The notes below the pieces were generated by a model. That model saw only the letters and a list, made by a program, of their open reading frames with translations. It ran no database searches and was not told the DNA's origin. DNA of 64,000 nucleotides from assembly GCA_046292385.1 (NCBI GenBank), contig JBKBRF010000036.1:8012-72011 (forward strand). Reading direction: 5' to 3'. Positions 60,520-64,000 of the stretch are shown piece by piece; the first letter of the stretch is position 1; every line of letters starts with the position of its first letter. Source of the stretch: Armatimonadota bacterium. GTDB taxonomy: Bacteria; Armatimonadota; SYMT01. The translations under genes were made by a program, and so were the position numbers.

Positions 60520-61920
60520 ATGAGTGTGTCTGTCCTCCTTCGCCTCGCGCTCGGCGCCGGCGTGTTGCTGCTCTCTCCCGCCTCCGGCTCCGCGGCGGTT
60601 GCGCCGGCTCCGATCATCGCCGAGGGAATGGTCCTCCAGCGAGAGGGCCGGGCGCCGTTGTTCGGCACCGCTTCACCGGGGGAGAAGATCTCCGCCACCT
60701 TTCGCGGGCAGACGGTCGCCACCACCGCCGGGAAGGACGGCGCCTGGAAGCTGCCGGTGCCGGCCGGCGCGGCGGGCGGACCGTTCCCGCTGGTGATCCA
60801 GGGGCAGAACCGGATCGAGTTGAAGTCGGTCTGGGTGGGCGACGTCTGGCTCTGCTCCGGGCAGAGCAACATGGTCTGGACCGTGGCGAACTCCACCACT
60901 GCCGCGGAGGCGCGAAAGGCGCCTCCGGACGAGCAGCTCCGGCTCTGCCGCGTGGCGCAGGACGGCACCGTGGGGAGCTGGCAGGGCTCGTCTCCCGCGG
61001 CGGCCCTGCCGTTCTCGGCAGTGGCCTACCACTTCGGCCAGTCGCTGCGGGCGGCGCAGAAGGTCCCGATCGGGCTGATCGTGGCGGCGGTAGGCGGGAC
61101 GGCGATCGAGCGCTGGATGCCGGAGGAGGCGGTCCGCCGGGCGGTGCCGGAGCGCCCGGTGCCGAAAGCGGCCGGGCTTCACTACCGCGCCATGGTGAAG
61201 CCGCTGCAGCCGTTCGCGCTCCGCGGGGTGACCTGGTACCAGGGGGAGGCGAACGCCAGCGCGCCGGCAGGCTACGAAGAGCTGCTGGCAGAGCTGATCC
61301 GGCGCTGGCGGCGTGATTGGGACCAGAAGCGGCTGCCGTTCCTCCTGGTGCAGCTCGCGCGCTACGGGAAGGCGGGCGCGGCGGAGACGGAGAAGGAGCG
61401 AGGCTGGGCGGTGGTCCGGGAGGCGCAGCGCCGCGTCCTGGCACTGCCCGAGACCGGGATGGCGGTGAGCTTCGACCTGACCGACGGTGATCTCCACCCG
61501 CGGGACAAGGCCTCCGTGGCCCAGCGGCTGGCGCGGGTCGCGCGGAGGGTGGTCTACGGGGAGGAGCTGGAGCATTCCGGCCCGGTGCTGCAGACGGTGC
61601 GGCGAGACGGAGACCGCCTCGTGCTCCACTTCCGCCATGCGGAGGGACTCACCACCAGGGACGGCCCGCTGCGAGAGCTGGAGGTCCGCGCCGGGAAAGG
61701 AGGCTTCCGTCCCACGCTGGCACGGATCGAGGGGGACCGGGTGATCATCTACGCCGTCAGCTCGGAGCCAGGGGCGTCGAGCGAAGGCGCGGTCTTCAAC
61801 GTGGGCGAGCTGCCGGGGCCGCTCGCCATCCGCTACGGATGGCGAGCTTATCCGGAGGGAAACCTGTACAACGCCGCAGGCCTCCCCGCTTCACCGTTCC
61901 TGGTGGAAGGAGTGGAGTAA
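60520..61920 (+). CDS. Sialate O-acetylesterase family protein, secreted
   Basis: GMVLQR, GDVWLCSGQSNM, VPIGLI..GGTAIERW, WYQGEAN, DLHPRDK. Confidence 0.88.
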   Translation: MSVSVLLRLALGAGVLLLSPASGSAAVAPAPIIAEGMVLQREGRAPLFGTASPGEKISATFRGQTVATTAGKDGAWKLPVPAGAAGGPFPLVIQGQNRIELKSVWVGDVWLCSGQSNMVWTVANSTTAAEARKAPPDEQLRLCRVAQDGTVGSWQGSSPAAALPFSAVAYHFGQSLRAAQKVPIGLIVAAVGGTAIERWMPEEAVRRAVPERPVPKAAGLHYRAMVKPLQPFALRGVTWYQGEANASAPAGYEELLAELIRRWRRDWDQKRLPFLLVQLARYGKAGAAETEKERGWAVVREAQRRVLALPETGMAVSFDLTDGDLHPRDKASVAQRLARVARRVVYGEELEHSGPVLQTVRRDGDRLVLHFRHAEGLTTRDGPLRELEVRAGKGGFRPTLARIEGDRVIIYAVSSEPGASSEGAVFNVGELPGPLAIRYGWRAYPEGNLYNAAGLPASPFLVEGVE

Positions 61921-61949
61921 CAGCCGCCGCCGGCCTTGAGAAAGACCGG

Positions 61950-62609
61950 TTACCAGTCTTCTTCTTCGTAGCTGTCCCGGCGGCGGCCGCCGCCGCCGCG
62001 GCCGCCGCGGTCCTTGCCGCCACCGCCGCGCTCGCCGTCGCGATCCCAGCGCTCGCCGCCGGCCCGGTCACCGCCGGCCCGGTCGCCGCCGCGGTCCCAG
62101 CCGGCGCCCGGCCCTTCGGAGAAGCCGGTGTCGCCGCCGTAGCCGCCGGGAGCGCTGCGCTCCTCGCGGGGCCCACCGTAGCCGCCCCCGCCCCCACGAC
62201 CACCGCCTCCGCCGTAGCCGCCTCCGCCGTAGCCACCGCCGCCACCGCGCTCGCCGCCGCCGTAGCCGCCGCGATCACCGCCGTAGCCGCCCCGGCCACC
62301 GCCGCCATAGCCACCACCGCCGCCCCCGTAGCCGCCGCGGGCTCCGCCGTAGCCGCCGCCACCGCGTTCTTCCCGCGGCCGGGCGACGTTCACTTTGAGC
62401 GTGCGCCCGGCCAGGCTCGCGCCGTCCATGGCGGAGACGGCGGCATCCGCCTGGTCATCCGCCACCTCCACGAAGCCGAAGCCTTTCGACTTCCCCATCT
62501 CGTTCAGCGGGACGGCTGCCTGGACCGCGCCCCAGGGCGCAAAGACTTCCAGCAACTGCTGCTCGGACACGCTGTAGGGCAAATTGCCCACGTACAATCG
62601 CTTCCCCAT
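61950..62609 (-). CDS. RRM RNA-binding protein with Gly/RGG-rich tail
   Basis: RNP2 LYVGNLPY, RNP1 KGFGFVE, LKVNVARPRE, GGYGG/RGG repeats. Confidence 0.93.
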   Translation of the reverse strand: MGKRLYVGNLPYSVSEQQLLEVFAPWGAVQAAVPLNEMGKSKGFGFVEVADDQADAAVSAMDGASLAGRTLKVNVARPREERGGGGYGGARGGYGGGGGGYGGGGRGGYGGDRGGYGGGERGGGGGYGGGGYGGGGGRGGGGGYGGPREERSAPGGYGGDTGFSEGPGAGWDRGGDRAGGDRAGGERWDRDGERGGGGKDRGGRGGGGRRRDSYEEEDW

Positions 62610-62848
62610 GCCTACCTGCCTGGCGCCGCCGTAGCGCGATCAGGGTGAAAGAGCCCGCGTGGACGCGTCCCCGGTTGGCGCGTCCCCCGCCCCCCACCCC
62701 CCGAGCGCTTGCTTGCTCGACAGGCAGAAGACGACTTAGATTGCCTCTTCGCCGAATCTATAGCAAAACCTCTATCATTTGTCCAACAGGCCCGCAGGAA
62801 GCAGATTCCTTAAGAAAATCGGCCGGTGAGGCCGGCGGAGGAGGGCGT

Positions 62849-63577
62849 ATGGCGGTCGAGACGGCGCGGGCAGCGGAGGAGATCCGGGTCCGCGGTTACA
62901 CGGTGCTGGAGCAGCGGCTCTCGCCGGAGCGGGTGACCGCAATGCAGGCGCGGTTTTCAGAGCTGCTGCGCCGGAAAGCGGAGACGGAGCCGACCAACCG
63001 CGGCCCGCGGCGGTACCAGATGTTCTTACCGTGGGAGGCGCCGCTCGCCGATCCGGAGCTGTATGAGAACGCGCCGGTCCTGGAGCTGGTCGAGGCGGTT
63101 CTGGGGCCGGACCCGGCGCTCGTCTACTTCGCGTCGGACACGCCGCTACCCGGCAGCGACTACCAGCGCGTCCACTCCGACACCCAGCTTCTCTTTCCGG
63201 AGACCGGCCTCTCCCTGCCGCCCTACGGGCTGGTGTTGAACGTGCCGCTGGTCGACTGCACGGAGGAGAACGGCAGCCTGGAGCTCTGGCCCGGGACCCA
63301 CCTGACGCCGGGAAAGGCGGACCTGGAGCGCCTCGCCCCCACGCTGCCGAGCTGCCGCGCCAACCTGCCGGCCGGGTCGCTGCTCTTGCGGGACCCGCGC
63401 GTGTGGCACCGCGGCACCCCGAACCGCTCCTCCGCGCCGCGGCCGCACCTCGCCCTCGTCTACACCCGGCCGTGGTACCGGTTCGAGCAGGCGGTGCCGA
63501 CCCTCACCCGCGCGGCGTTCGACGCCCTTTCGGAGCGCGCGCGGCGGCTGCTGCGGTACGCCCAAATCGAAGGATGA
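62849..63577 (+). CDS. Phytanoyl-CoA dioxygenase (PhyH) family protein
   Basis: QRVHSD, NVPLVDCTEENGSLELWPGTH, WHRGTPNRS..RP. Confidence 0.88.
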   Translation: MAVETARAAEEIRVRGYTVLEQRLSPERVTAMQARFSELLRRKAETEPTNRGPRRYQMFLPWEAPLADPELYENAPVLELVEAVLGPDPALVYFASDTPLPGSDYQRVHSDTQLLFPETGLSLPPYGLVLNVPLVDCTEENGSLELWPGTHLTPGKADLERLAPTLPSCRANLPAGSLLLRDPRVWHRGTPNRSSAPRPHLALVYTRPWYRFEQAVPTLTRAAFDALSERARRLLRYAQIEG

Positions 63578-63650
63578 ACGATGAGCGATGAGGGATGAAT
63601 CCGAACCCTCCGTGCGCGGAGGATCCTGCTCTTGCTCGCTGGCGAACCTC
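63570..63650. repeat. GATGA tract plus CCTGCTC module
   Basis: aggatgaacgatgagcgatgagggatgaatccgaaccctccgtgcgcggaggatcctgctcttgctcgctggcga; matches 7832-7912. Confidence 0.8.
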
Positions 63651-63778
63651 CGGACTACTACCTCAGCGGGTGCGATTCATTCGCTGGGCAGAGTGGCTCT
63701 GAACGAGGGCACGGGCGGAGAGCTGCGGACCGGGACTATGCCGCGGGGTGAGGCGGGACCAGCTCGCGGGCCGGCGTA

Positions 63779-63914
63779 TGGAGTGCGGCAGCTTGCTGCC
63801 GCTTTGGGGAGCCGGCCGTTCCCGTAGGATGCTCCCGGTTGACAGCAAGCGGTCGCCGGTTTCGACGCGTCGTGATCGCAGCCGGCGGCGAAAGCGGGAG
63901 CAAGCTCCCGCACT
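63779..63914. repeat. REP doublet (same family as 42051-42147)
   Basis: tggagtgcggcagcttgctgccgcttt ... aaagcgggagcaagctcccgcact. Confidence 0.85.
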
Positions 63915-64000
63915 TGTATGTTAGCTCCAGGTGGGAAGGAAGAAGAAGGTCACCCGCACTTGCCGCCCTTCGGGGACGGACGTTTGGAGAAGACCTCTTC

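Overview
High-GC bacterial chromosomal window. Armatimonadota is my inference, based on a prepilin/H-X9-DG protein, DUF1501, PmoA-like and Tat-exported oxidoreductase families. About 53 CDS. These include a heptose/sugar-kinase + GT2 + methyltransferase run, secreted dehydrogenases/lactonases, an ABC transporter + DUF1854 pair, nth, a complete Wsp/Frz-like (ACF-type) chemosensory operon ending in a PAS hybrid kinase, hisD, ispE, an OmpR-type two-component system with a Spy/CpxP-like gene, gap-pgk, a KaiC-like ATPase coupled to a hybrid kinase, and an RRM/RGG RNA-binding protein. I found no rRNA, tRNA, CRISPR array or transposase. The most unusual signal is non-coding. Many intergenic regions carry one of at least 7 families of short-period (7-9 nt) tandem tracts or MITE/REP-like inverted repeats. 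These nest inside each other, share a CCGAAC junction motif, show a consistent G-rich-first polarity after stop codons, supply the stop codon of six genes and are translated at both ends of one enzyme. All calls come from reading motifs by eye; no database searches were run.
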